A model generated the notes under the pieces. The model did not search any database. It was not told the origin of the DNA and worked only from the letters and a program-made list of their open reading frames with translations. Both the position numbers and the translations under genes were made by a program. A stretch of 35,624 nucleotides of DNA. It comes from Nemertoderma westbladi. Taxonomy: Eukaryota; Animalia; Xenacoelomorpha. Below are positions 1-9,400 of this stretch, piece after piece. Position 1 is the first letter of the stretch. Each line of letters starts with the position of its first letter. Location of the stretch: positions 1-35,624 of the forward strand of contig JAUCBJ010008772.1 in the NCBI GenBank assembly GCA_032718475.1. Reading direction: 5' to 3'.

Positions 1-960
1 GACCGTTTGCATTCTCTCGTGGGCCGTTGGGCAGTCCATGCCTACTATGATGGATACCTTCCTAACGTCCACGTCTGGGATTGAGAAGTCAATGTTGTCC
101 AGGAATTTGTATTGCTCGACCTCGATGTTGGTTGGCCGCCTGGCATTGATGTTAATTGACTCTATTACTTGGATGGGGTCGATGGTTGCCCCATAATCGC
201 ATCCTGGTGCCACTGCTGCAATTGCGCACCGTCCTGTCCTCATCTCTAGGATCTCGTCTTTGCTAGAGATGGTTGTCACCGCCATCCTGCTTGGCCTCGT
301 TCTCAACCCTATTTCTTCGGCTACCCATTCCTCAACTAATGTGAAGGCAGCTCCACTATCAACCAGCATTAGTGTTGTTACTGATCGATTGCCTTCCCCG
401 ATCACTCGCACCGGTACTACTCCAAGTAACACCGTGCCTCTCTTCTTCGCCCCTACCGTGCTCGTCGCCATCGTTTGGCCTCTCCTTTGGCCAAACTTGA
501 CCGGCTTCTCTTGGCACTCCCTAGCCTTATGTCCACTCTTCACGCACCGCGAGCAGATTTTATTGCTCGACGCGTAATCTATCTGGTCTTGCCTCGGTAG
601 CGCCTGCCAGTACCTGCAGTTCATGGTTTTATGAAGCGCATTTGCGTGTAGCTGGCATTTGCTCTTTGGGTCGTAGCCCTCTTTATACAATGCATTGCGT
701 ATCGCAGTTATGTTCGTACCAAAGTCCCTACTATTCTTATTGACTGGGTTTGGCCTACTGGACGTACTGGGGTTATGTTTATTCATGTTGTTATTGTTTC
801 CCTGTCCGTCCCTTGATGTTGTCTTATCTTCGTTTGTCTGTGGACTTGCAGTCCCCTGCGTCGCTGCGTATGGCAATGATTGTCTGAGCCTCGGCAATGC
901 GTTTGATGTATTGTGCTCTGGTTTGGGCCTGTATGATCTGTCTTTGGTCCCTTTCCCAGG
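1..960 (-). CDS. BEL/Pao gag zinc knuckles plus aspartic protease (partial, runs off the window; absent from the ORF track)
   Basis: Hand translation from 960 downward: ...KCQLHANALHKTMNC...ICSRCVKSGHKAREC...VLLGVVPVRV...MLVDSGAAFTLVEEWVAEEIGL...; no stop seen. Confidence 0.8.
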
Positions 961-1661
961 CTATCTTCACTATAGACTGGGTCCGTTATTAGTTCAGCCT
1001 CGTAATTTAAGAAGTTTGACATTTCTTCTAAACCTGGTTCCGCACCCTTCTTGTCTCGGGTGGAGAAAGCGATCTTCCTCCATTTGTTGCGCAGCCAGCT
1101 CGGTAGTGCCTGCGCTATCGTGGTGATGTTATTGGACGCGTTGAGCTCGTATGGCGCGTCTAGCGTCTTCAGCACGATCAGCGCCTTCTCGACTTTGTTA
1201 GCAAACGTCTTAATGCTAACGGGATTATCCTGTAGGCCACCCGATGTTATGCCTCTCAGCGTTTGCCTGATGATCTTGGCCGGGTGCCCGTATTCCCTAT
1301 CCAGTGCCCGCCATGCTGTCGTGAAGCCGCCCTCTATTCCCTGATATTGCCTCACGATGTCGTATGCTGGGCCTCCCGTGTACACTTGTAGATACTTTAG
1401 GCACTCCGCCTGCGTCAAGTTTTTTGTTAGTATTTCGTTACTATACATTCGCCGAAACTGTAAGTATTCTTCCGGCCTGCTCCCATCGAATTTGAACGGT
1501 TCCACGGGTGGTAATTCGATCCTCGTTTTCAACGCATCGATCAACGTGGCCATCCCCATTGCCTGCGCTTCTAATGGATTCGACGGGTGCTGTATAGTTT
1601 CCCCTGTCTGGTGCGGTTCGTCCGTCCTATTTCTTGATCTTCTCTGACTCGGATATGTCAT
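783..1661 (-). CDS. BEL/Pao gag core (DUF1759-like)
   Basis: FDG..EEY..F, L.YL..YT.G.A...V and AW..L...YG motifs; the frame stays open upstream to the G-run at about 1790. Confidence 0.8.
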   Translation of the reverse strand: MTYPSQRRSRNRTDEPHQTGETIQHPSNPLEAQAMGMATLIDALKTRIELPPVEPFKFDGSRPEEYLQFRRMYSNEILTKNLTQAECLKYLQVYTGGPAYDIVRQYQGIEGGFTTAWRALDREYGHPAKIIRQTLRGITSGGLQDNPVSIKTFANKVEKALIVLKTLDAPYELNASNNITTIAQALPSWLRNKWRKIAFSTRDKKGAEPGLEEMSNFLNYEAELITDPVYSEDSLGKGPKTDHTGPNQSTIHQTHCRGSDNHCHTQRRRGLQVHRQTKIRQHQGTDRETITT

Positions 1662-1773
1662 CGGGGGTAGCGGCCCCCTCCATATGTCTGTATCACACGA
1701 CCTGTTTTCATCTAGGGGTCTCGTTGTTCTTGTTCCTGTCGGGGTATATTGTTGATATTGTGATGGGGGAATG

Positions 1774-2715
1774 TCACCCTGTCCCCCCCCCCACCGGTAT
1801 GTCTGGTACTGGGGTTGATGTTAATATGTTGGGGCCCATACACCTATCCGCAATAATTCCCCCCTCCCCTGGGTATATGTTATGTCCCTGCATGCTGTAG
1901 TCATACTGCTGTGCTGGTACCGGTATAGGCCTATCAGCTTCTGGCCTACTCGCCGGTATGTATTCCGCGACTTCCGGGTTTAATCCCGTTGTCCGCGCTA
2001 TCCTATCGCCTACATTGCCTCTCTCAGTATGGCCTACGGTATGTGCAGTAAGACCTACAGTATGCCCTACAGTCTGCATGTGTTGCTCGGGATCGAAGTT
2101 TATTCTTCTCGAATAATCCTCCCCGCGGCTACCGTATTCTCGATCGGTAGGTATATTCCGTCGGAAAGTTTCTCTTCGACCCCCCTCTCCACTGTTTTCA
2201 TCTTCGTACCGGTACATCGCGTACCCCTCTCTCGGCGTGTAATGCGTCTCACCGGATCGCATCCCTCCGGGGCGACGGCAATCTCCCGGAGTCCGACCCC
2301 ACTGACTCTCCGTTCTCATCTCGACTACCGACGGCTCGCTGTCCGTCCTCGCTCTTCTATCGTTTGCGGCGATACTTCTACTACTGTCTTCCTCTCTTCT
2401 CCTATCAGTGGAATATTCCCGCTCACGAGATCTCTCGTCGACCTCCCGGTTAAACCCCACTGTTCTTCTTTCCTCCTCTGATCGGGCTCGACGCTCCGTC
2501 TGCCCTCCCGCGACGTCAACCTGTCTTTCTCTGCTCGATCGCACGTCGCCGGGGATACTCGCAATCCCCCTATTACTTTCCGTCGCCGGTTGTTGCGGTT
2601 TACCTTGTTCGGCCCTCGCATTGTCCGCTGACGGCTGTGGGACACTCTCTGCCCCCCCCCCCCCCCTCTCGCCGCTAACTCTCTGTTGTGGGGCCCTTGT
2701 AGCCCCCCCCCCCAC
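1774..2715 (-). CDS. BEL/Pao gag middle segment (frameshifted continuation)
   Basis: The ORF begins and ends at G homopolymers (2703-2713 and 1783-1792); single-base corrections there join it to the flanking ORFs. Confidence 0.6.
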   Translation of the reverse strand: MGGGATRAPQQRVSGERGGGGAESVPQPSADNARAEQGKPQQPATESNRGIASIPGDVRSSRERQVDVAGGQTERRARSEEERRTVGFNREVDERSREREYSTDRRREEDSSRSIAANDRRARTDSEPSVVEMRTESQWGRTPGDCRRPGGMRSGETHYTPREGYAMYRYEDENSGEGGRRETFRRNIPTDREYGSRGEDYSRRINFDPEQHMQTVGHTVGLTAHTVGHTERGNVGDRIARTTGLNPEVAEYIPASRPEADRPIPVPAQQYDYSMQGHNIYPGEGGIIADRCMGPNILTSTPVPDIPVGGGTG

Positions 2716-5075
2716 CCGCTACATTCTACTTCGCTACCTCTCGCCCCGCTACTATATATCTCTCTAGTCGACACATCAACCCTACCACAGTCGGGTCTGT
2801 TCACCCCCGCCTCTCCCTCTGCTATTGCGTGGCCTTCCAGGCCCTCTACTCCCTGCCTACCAACTACGCGGCCTACCAGGCCCTCTGCTCCCTGTCTACT
2901 AACTACGTGGCCTACCAGGCCCTCTGCTCCCTGTCTACTAACTACGTGGCCTACCAGGCCCTCTGCTCCCTGGTTACGTAGGCCCGACGTGTTTACATTA
3001 ATAGCACCCATATTGGAAACGGAATTAATTTGCTCATTTGAAACAAAATCATTTGTATTATTCTGCGCGACTACGTTATCTGAATTATTTTGTAAATTCG
3101 GGCTAAGATCATTATTTGAATTATTCGAATTATTCTGTGTAATTGCGTTATTTAAGTTATTTTGTAGGTCCGAATTCGAGTTATTATTTTGATTATTTGA
3201 ATTATTTTGCGTAACTACATCAATATTAGGATTATTTTCTACATTAACACTGGGATTGTTCTGATTTAAATTTAAATTACTACCACTAGGCAAAGTATTT
3301 CCTGTAATAAAGGTTTGATTAGCGTTATCCCATACGGTACTATTAATATCAACAACGTCTACTGTACCATTATTATTACCCCCCCCGCCCGTACGGTCGC
3401 ACCAGTTTTGGGTCTGTCGTGCGGTCCCTGTCAGTGGAGTATTAATAAATATATCTACGGCCCTCGGCTCCTCAAAAATACTCGAGCCGGCCCCGGTTTC
3501 AGACGGCGTCGCTTGCACGTATTCCAACTCGTGCTCCCCTCTAATTATATTTCCCGCAAACTCACTCTTCCGTTTCTCTAATTCCTTGCGCTCTTTTTCA
3601 CTCTCTGCCACTTTCCCCTCACGCTCCTGGGTGTCCTTGATGGCCGAGTCTGCGGCACTCTTAATGCTCTCCCTTCGTCTCGCCTCACGCTCTTTGCGTT
3701 CCTTTTCCTTTCTCGTCTCATATTCCTTGCGTTCCTTTTCCCTTTTTGCCTCACGTTCCTTGCGTTCCTCGTCCTCCCTTGCCTCACGCTCTCTGCGTTC
3801 CCTTTCCTCCCTTGCCTCACGCTCCTTGCGTTCCCCTTCCTCTCTCGCCTCACGCTCCTTGCGTTCCTTTTCCATTCTCGCCTCACGCTCCTTGCGTTCC
3901 GCCTCACGCTCCTTGCGTTCCTCGTCCTCCCTTGCCTCACGCTCTCTGCGTTCCCTTTCCTCTCTCGCTTCACGCTCCCTACACTCCCTTTCCTCTATCT
4001 CATCATACTCCCTTAGGCTTTTCAAAGCCCTTTCGGCCCTTTCTCCGGTTTCTCTAAGCAATACCGTTTCCCTCTCTAACCGCACTCTTCCCTCCTCTAG
4101 CCGTTCCTTCATTTCTCTCTGACCTTGCTCTGCCATGCTGAGACGGTATGCGGCTCCTATTTTCCTCACCGCTCTTTCTTTCGCGGAGGATGTAACAGAC
4201 TTATCGGTTACGACGGACTTCCCCCGCCTTCCCGACCTACTAACTTTCTCCCACTTCCCGGAGCTTTCTCCGACCGACGAGGCCGAATCCTCGGTGTTAA
4301 CCTCGGATTCGCCCCCTTCGAGTCCCCTCCAACCCACCGGTTTTACTCCCCGGGCATCGATTAAGTATGGCCCTATGTACACTGACGCCATGCTAGGTCC
4401 CATACTCCCACACTCCCATAGTTCAAACAGTTCGCCTGCAATTCCCTTTGCTCTCTCCCCGGCTAGTTCTCTCTGCCCAAAACGTATCAGGTAATTTAAG
4501 TGTCTGTCCGACTCACCTAGTCGCTTTCTCAGTCTCACCTCGTCTACCTTCGCCCCTTGCTTCTTGGCGTCGTTTATCAGCTTCCGGGTCGCGTTGTAGG
4601 CCCGTCGAAGTCGGTCAGAAACCCCGACGTCCTCGTCGCCGACCTCTCCTCCGTCCCTCCGGGTCCGACGTCGTACCGGCGGCTCCACCGTCGCCGTTCC
4701 GGTGGGCCGTCCGTCGCCCTCGGCCTGTAGCTGGCCGGCGACATCGGTACTAATCTTTCCTCCGTCTCTTCGCGTCCGGCGTCGCACCGTCGGCCCCACC
4801 GATTCGGTGGGCCGCTCGTCGCCCTCGGCCGGTAGCTGGCCGGCGACATCGGCGCGCCGTCCTCCGTCCCGTGTCGACTCATCTCCTTCTCCCTCCGTCT
4901 CGCTCTCTCTCTCTCTTGGCTCGACTTCGGGTTCCAGGCCCTCCTCGTCCTGTGCTTCCGGTTCGCCCGTTATCGATGGCTCCGGCGTCGTGGGCCTGTA
5001 TCGTTTGGTCGCGGCCTCGCGGATCGTTAGGTCTTCGTCCGGGGTCCGCGTCGGTGTCTCGCCCGATTCACTCAT
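2325..5075 (-). CDS. BEL/Pao gag N-terminal region (E/R/K coiled coil, Asn-rich tract); natural frame probably shifts at a G-run near 2703-2713 or 2652-2666
   Basis: 916-aa ORF collinear with and upstream of the DUF1759-like and protease segments; charged coiled-coil N-termini are typical of BEL gag. Confidence 0.7.
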   Translation of the reverse strand: MSESGETPTRTPDEDLTIREAATKRYRPTTPEPSITGEPEAQDEEGLEPEVEPRERESETEGEGDESTRDGGRRADVAGQLPAEGDERPTESVGPTVRRRTRRDGGKISTDVAGQLQAEGDGRPTGTATVEPPVRRRTRRDGGEVGDEDVGVSDRLRRAYNATRKLINDAKKQGAKVDEVRLRKRLGESDRHLNYLIRFGQRELAGERAKGIAGELFELWECGSMGPSMASVYIGPYLIDARGVKPVGWRGLEGGESEVNTEDSASSVGESSGKWEKVSRSGRRGKSVVTDKSVTSSAKERAVRKIGAAYRLSMAEQGQREMKERLEEGRVRLERETVLLRETGERAERALKSLREYDEIEERECREREAREERERREREAREDEERKEREAERKEREARMEKERKEREAREEGERKEREAREERERREREAREDEERKEREAKREKERKEYETRKEKERKEREARRRESIKSAADSAIKDTQEREGKVAESEKERKELEKRKSEFAGNIIRGEHELEYVQATPSETGAGSSIFEEPRAVDIFINTPLTGTARQTQNWCDRTGGGGNNNGTVDVVDINSTVWDNANQTFITGNTLPSGSNLNLNQNNPSVNVENNPNIDVVTQNNSNNQNNNSNSDLQNNLNNAITQNNSNNSNNDLSPNLQNNSDNVVAQNNTNDFVSNEQINSVSNMGAINVNTSGLRNQGAEGLVGHVVSRQGAEGLVGHVVSRQGAEGLVGRVVGRQGVEGLEGHAIAEGEAGVNRPDCGRVDVSTREIYSSGARGSEVECSGWGGGLQGPHNRELAARGGGGGQRVSHSRQRTMRGPNKVNRNNRRRKVIGGLRVSPATCDRAEKDRLTSREGRRSVEPDQRRKEEQWGLTGRSTRDLVSGNIPLIGEERKTVVEVSPQTIEERGRTASRR
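2842..2972. repeat. 39-bp in-frame tandem repeat (about 3.3 copies) in gag, encoding QGAEGLVGHVVSR
   Basis: ccctctgctccctgtctactaactacgtggcctaccagg units at 2842, 2881 and 2920, partial at 2959. Confidence 0.9.
3670..3990. repeat. About 33-bp degenerate tandem repeat encoding (EREAREEGERK)n coiled coil
   Basis: Repeated gcctcacgctccttgcgttcc units. Confidence 0.85.
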
Positions 5076-5155
5076 CTCGTCTGGTGGCTGATGGTTCGGC
5101 TAGCTAGGGTGGAGTTCTTTGTGTTTAACTGGGGCGGCAGCTCGTCTTTAGTTAC

Positions 5156-5647
5156 TGTGACGGGATCCAGGAGGGATCCCGATTTATCCGATGTGGGATT
5201 TAGTCCACGCGTCCCCGCCGTGTATAAGAGTGAAATAAAGATAACTGAGTTCTGAAGTTCGGTGTATAATAGGTTATAGGATATAGATATATTGTGAATT
5301 ATACGGTAGGCGGGATACGGTAACTAAAGTCCCGTGATCCCCTAACTAAACTAATTGGCTGTACCCTACGCTAGCACTGCTGCACTGAGATAACTGAATC
5401 ACTGATTAATAGGTTATTGGTTATATTGCACGGTGGCCTTACTGCTACTCAATCGATGCCATTCCCCCCTCTGATTGGTTAATACCCTTGTTGGCGCCCC
5501 GTGGAGTATTCCCGTTCACTCCACCTGTTCTCTCTGGGTTAGGGGTTTGGCCCCTGACCCTCTATTGTGTGCTTCCTTCCCACTCTTATTGGGATGGCAC
5601 GAGTTGGTTAATTGCCCAATCTCGCGGCTCCCGGGGTGAAAATTACA
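5156..5647 (-). repeat. Putative 5' LTR of the BEL element
   Basis: Non-coding interval between the gag start and the LINE fragment; on the - strand it reads TGTAAT...GTCACA. No second LTR is in the window, so both ends are inferred. Confidence 0.4.
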
Positions 5648-6110
5648 TTAGAGATATTAACATTATCAGGCAATGTACGACTAAAGTGTGGAATATTTTT
5701 ATTGTCTTTAGTGAAGTTTTCAGAAAACACTTCTGAAAGGATATGAGCTTTGGTGGAGTTATCAATGATGACCTTACCATTAACTTTAAAAGCAGATATG
5801 CCTGATTTCACATTACGTTTGTTGTTCACATAACTAAAAATAACATCCGGCATGCCAGAAGTAAGCATGTGGTTTTTTCGAATGCAAGCTGATCTAAAGA
5901 CTGCTTTAGAAACAGCCTTCGCGCACTTTTTATATTCAGCTTTACCGGTTTCGGTATGCTGACGACGCCATAATACTTTTTTCTGTTTCTGCAAATTCTT
6001 GACAAAAGCAGGATACGGCCTACTTTTAACTTTGATACTGGTATACGGCACATATTTATCGATCCCTGATTTCAAAATTCCCGCTAAAGCCGACCAGTAA
6101 TCGTCTACAA
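5635..6110 (-). pseudogene. CR1-type LINE ORF2 fragment (endonuclease-RT linker)
   Basis: VDDYWSALAGILKSGIDKYVPY...YP...LQKQKKVLWRRQHT...FSYVN..R..KSGIS...KAHILSEVFSENF aligns by eye with the LINE at about 12330-12810. Confidence 0.85.
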
Positions 6111-6222
6111 CTACACAGTCAGCCGGTACTGTCGTACAGCAATAGTACAGTAGTATACTGTGTTGTAAATGCACGTAATGCCCTTGGTATTCCATGTTTG
6201 AATGCGTTCAAAAATAGACTAG

Positions 6223-6430
6223 TGTAGAGTTTGTGTAGTGTGTAGTACAGGGCGAAATACGGTACCGTACCTATGGTTATATATATAGGCCTACATACAG
6301 ATTGTAGTAGCTGTGCCTGATGTATTAATACTTGTATTGCGTTACCGTTAGTTAGGCTATATGATGTTAGCCTATTATATTATATTGTATTTGGAATATT
6401 GAAGTTGTATCTCTTTCTCAACGCTCGACA
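6223..6430 (+). repeat. Gypsy 5' LTR
   Basis: tgtagagttt...cgctcgaca, identical by eye to 10521-10728; TATA-like run at about 6278-6287. Confidence 0.97.
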
Positions 6431-6431
6431 A

Positions 6432-6446
6432 AATACAAGTATTAAT
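6432..6446 (+). promoter_or_regulatory. Non-tRNA primer-binding site complementary to LTR 6324-6338
   Basis: AATACAAGTATTAAT is the exact reverse complement of ATTAATACTTGTATT; no TGG follows the LTR. Confidence 0.65.
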
Positions 6447-6457
6447 TCAATTCTGAT

Positions 6458-9400
6458 ATGGCTGAAGCCGATCAGAGTACCGGTACTAACACTGAACCCT
6501 ACGACGTTGGTACTGGACAACGGAGAACCGGTCCTACACTAAGCCGTGTTTTGGAGAAGTTTAACCCTGACAAAGATGACTTCTCTCAGTGGATGAATCA
6601 GTTTAAGCGCTTCATACGTCTATCCAGAGTTCCCGATTCGGAAAAGGTAGATTGGCTGTTGCTTTACTCCGGCGAGAAAGCAGCTAGATATTACGACGAG
6701 GTGAAGGTGTGGGGAACCTTAAATCCTGGAGAAACCGAGTTCACTCAAGCGGTTAGCTTCCTCGAAAAGAAGCTGATGATGGAGAGAAACGCGTTAAGCG
6801 AACGAGTTAAGCTTTATTCATCAAAGCAAAGTGATGGAGCGAGTTTAGATGATTTTGTATCGGATCTGAGGAAGAATATTAGTTTTTGTCGTTTCCCTGC
6901 AGCCTTTGAGAACGAGGCGCTTCGGGATGCGTTTTGTACTGGAGTTGCCTCGGACGACATTCGCGTTGCAGTGTTCCGGGCTTATAAATCGGCGGAAAAG
7001 TCGGGGAATGTGTTTGGATTTGAGGATGCGTTCTCGACGGCAGAGATTGAACAGTCCTCTGTGAGAGCAGCTGTGGAACATTCTGGGGGCGTTACAGCGT
7101 CACATGGGTCTAAAGTTGCGAATGTCCCAAGGGCTCTCACAAGATTGGCTGAAACTGGACCCGGTGTGGATGGGTCATCAATCCATAACCCCGCCTATGT
7201 ATGTTCTGGTCGGGCGACCCAACAGTCAAGTCCATCAGGGAAATGGAGGTGTTTTGGTTGCGGTTCTGCAGCTTTTCATTCTAAAACTGAATGTAGAGCA
7301 AGGAGTGTTGATTGCCACAAGTGTGGTAAACCGGGCCATTTCGCTAGAATGTGTCGTTCTACCACTCCTGGTTCTAAACCTACTGGGAATGTGGCGCCGG
7401 GAAACAGTTCAAGTTCGGCTGCATTTCGGGTTGCCGCCAATGACGGACACCAGAATACCGGTGGAAGTTTAAGGAAGTTTGTAACGGCAAAGGTGAATGA
7501 TATACAATTAGATTGGCTTGTGGATCCTGGTTCGGATATAACGCTAGTTGATTTACATACTGCTAAGAAGTTTAAATGGCAGATAAATGGGTCCACAATA
7601 GGCACTTCATGTCTTTCTATTGGGAACCAGTCGCTTAATATATTGGGGAAAGTTGAAACCATTATAGAAATTGATAACCGTTATATAGTTGTCCCAGTGT
7701 TTATTGCTAGGGAGTTGTGTGATCCGGCAATTCTGGGTGTGTCAGCTCTGAAGGAGTTTACCGAGGTTCAGTTGCCTTTTGGAGGTAATCAGGGTAACTT
7801 ACGGGTCTCAAGCTGTAGTGGTGGGTTACTCGAAGAATTTCAGGAATTGTTTGTTGAAGAAAATGTGGGGTTAGCTGTGGAACCTGTGTCAGTCATTATA
7901 CTGAATTCCGAGGCCACTCCCATCCGTTCTGCATCCCGTTACAGGAGCAGTGATGACCGTAAGTTTATTCAATCCGAAGTAACACGACTATTAGGAGATG
8001 GGGTAATAGAACCTTCCCAAAGCCCATGGAGGTCCCAGTGTGTGATTTCCCACGAGGGGGATAAGCGTCGGTTTTGCATAGATTATGCTTCGACGATAAA
8101 CCAGTTCACTGAACATGATGCATACCCCTTCCCAGTGGTTTCGGAAATTATTGATCGTATAGCTGTTGGTAAGGTTTTTTCAAAATTCGATTTAAGGTCG
8201 GCCTATCACCAGCTACCTATCAAGGAAGAGGAAAGACCTTACACCGCATTCGAGGCCGGGGGTAAACTGTTTCAATTTAATAGACTCCCATATGGGGTAA
8301 CTAATGGAACCGCAGTGTTCCAGAGAGAAATTATGAACATTATTTCAGACCTAGAAGGGGTTGAAGTAATAGTGGATGACGTTGTTGTATTTGGTAATGA
8401 TACGAAAGAGCATGATGAGCGGGTGCGGAAGTTCCTAGAGAGAGCAAGAATTGCCCAAATGAGGTTTAAGCTAACTAAGTGTGAGTTCCACAAAACTGAA
8501 ATTCAGTTTATGGGTCATATTATTGGTAATGGTTGTACCAAACCGGATCCTTCTAGATATCAAGGGCTTATGGACCTGCCAGTGCCCAGTAACAAGAAAG
8601 CTTTAGAAAGGCTTGTTGGAATATGCGTATATTACTCAAAATGGGTGAAGAACTTTGCTATGGTAGCCAATCCACTCTTTGTATCACTCAAAGAGGGGTG
8701 CTTCCCGTTGAATAGTGAATGTATCCAGGCTATCACAGAAATTAAAAGACAGATAGTGGAGTCGTGTTTATTGATACCAAATTTAGTTGATCCCTTAGTT
8801 TTAGAAACTGATGCATCTGACAGTGCTATTGGAGGTATGCTATCACAGAATGGACGTCCCATCGCCTTTATTTCTCACAGCCTTAGTCAGACAGAACGAT
8901 ATTGGTCCACACCAGAACTAGAGGCCTTTGCGATATATTACTGTGTGGATAAACTGAGAGACTTTCTAATGGGGCGGCGTTTTGAAATATTAACAGATCA
9001 GGAAGGAGTATCATACTTGTTAGATGAACGGCCAAAAACAAAAGTGAAGAATAGGAAATTGTGTAGGTGGCGCATCGAGTTGGCTGAGTTTGCATTTGAA
9101 ATCAGTTACCGGAGAGGTACAGACAATATCATAGCTGATGCACTGAGCCGGTGTTGCGCATCTCAGTCGTCAGATGGAGGATTACAGGATGGACAAGGTT
9201 CTGTTTCATTGGACACGATTCATAGAGGTTTGGGGCACCCTGGTGTGGAAAGGACATATCAATTCATTAAACAATTTTATGATTGGCCAGGGCTGAAGCA
9301 AGATTGCGCTAAGATATGTCATGACTGTATAATTTGTTGTGAGCAGAAACCAAGGTTTGTAAAACCAACTCCCGGGACAATTACATCATCTACAGAACCA

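Larger units (their letters stand above)
1..5647 (-). mobile_element. BEL/Pao LTR retrotransposon, 5' portion (putative LTR, gag, protease); continues off the left edge
   Basis: Minus-strand translation gives a DUF1759-like gag (FKFDGSRPEEYLQF...AWRALDREYG...LPSWLRNKW), a BEL-type knuckle CSRCVKSGHKAREC and an aspartic protease MLVDSGAAFTLV (DSG at 360-352). The right boundary is inferred. Confidence 0.85.

Noticed and set aside
260-5107. Many plus-strand ORFs overlapping the BEL gag
   Set aside because: Antisense shadows of a GC-rich, repetitive coding strand with no recognisable motifs.
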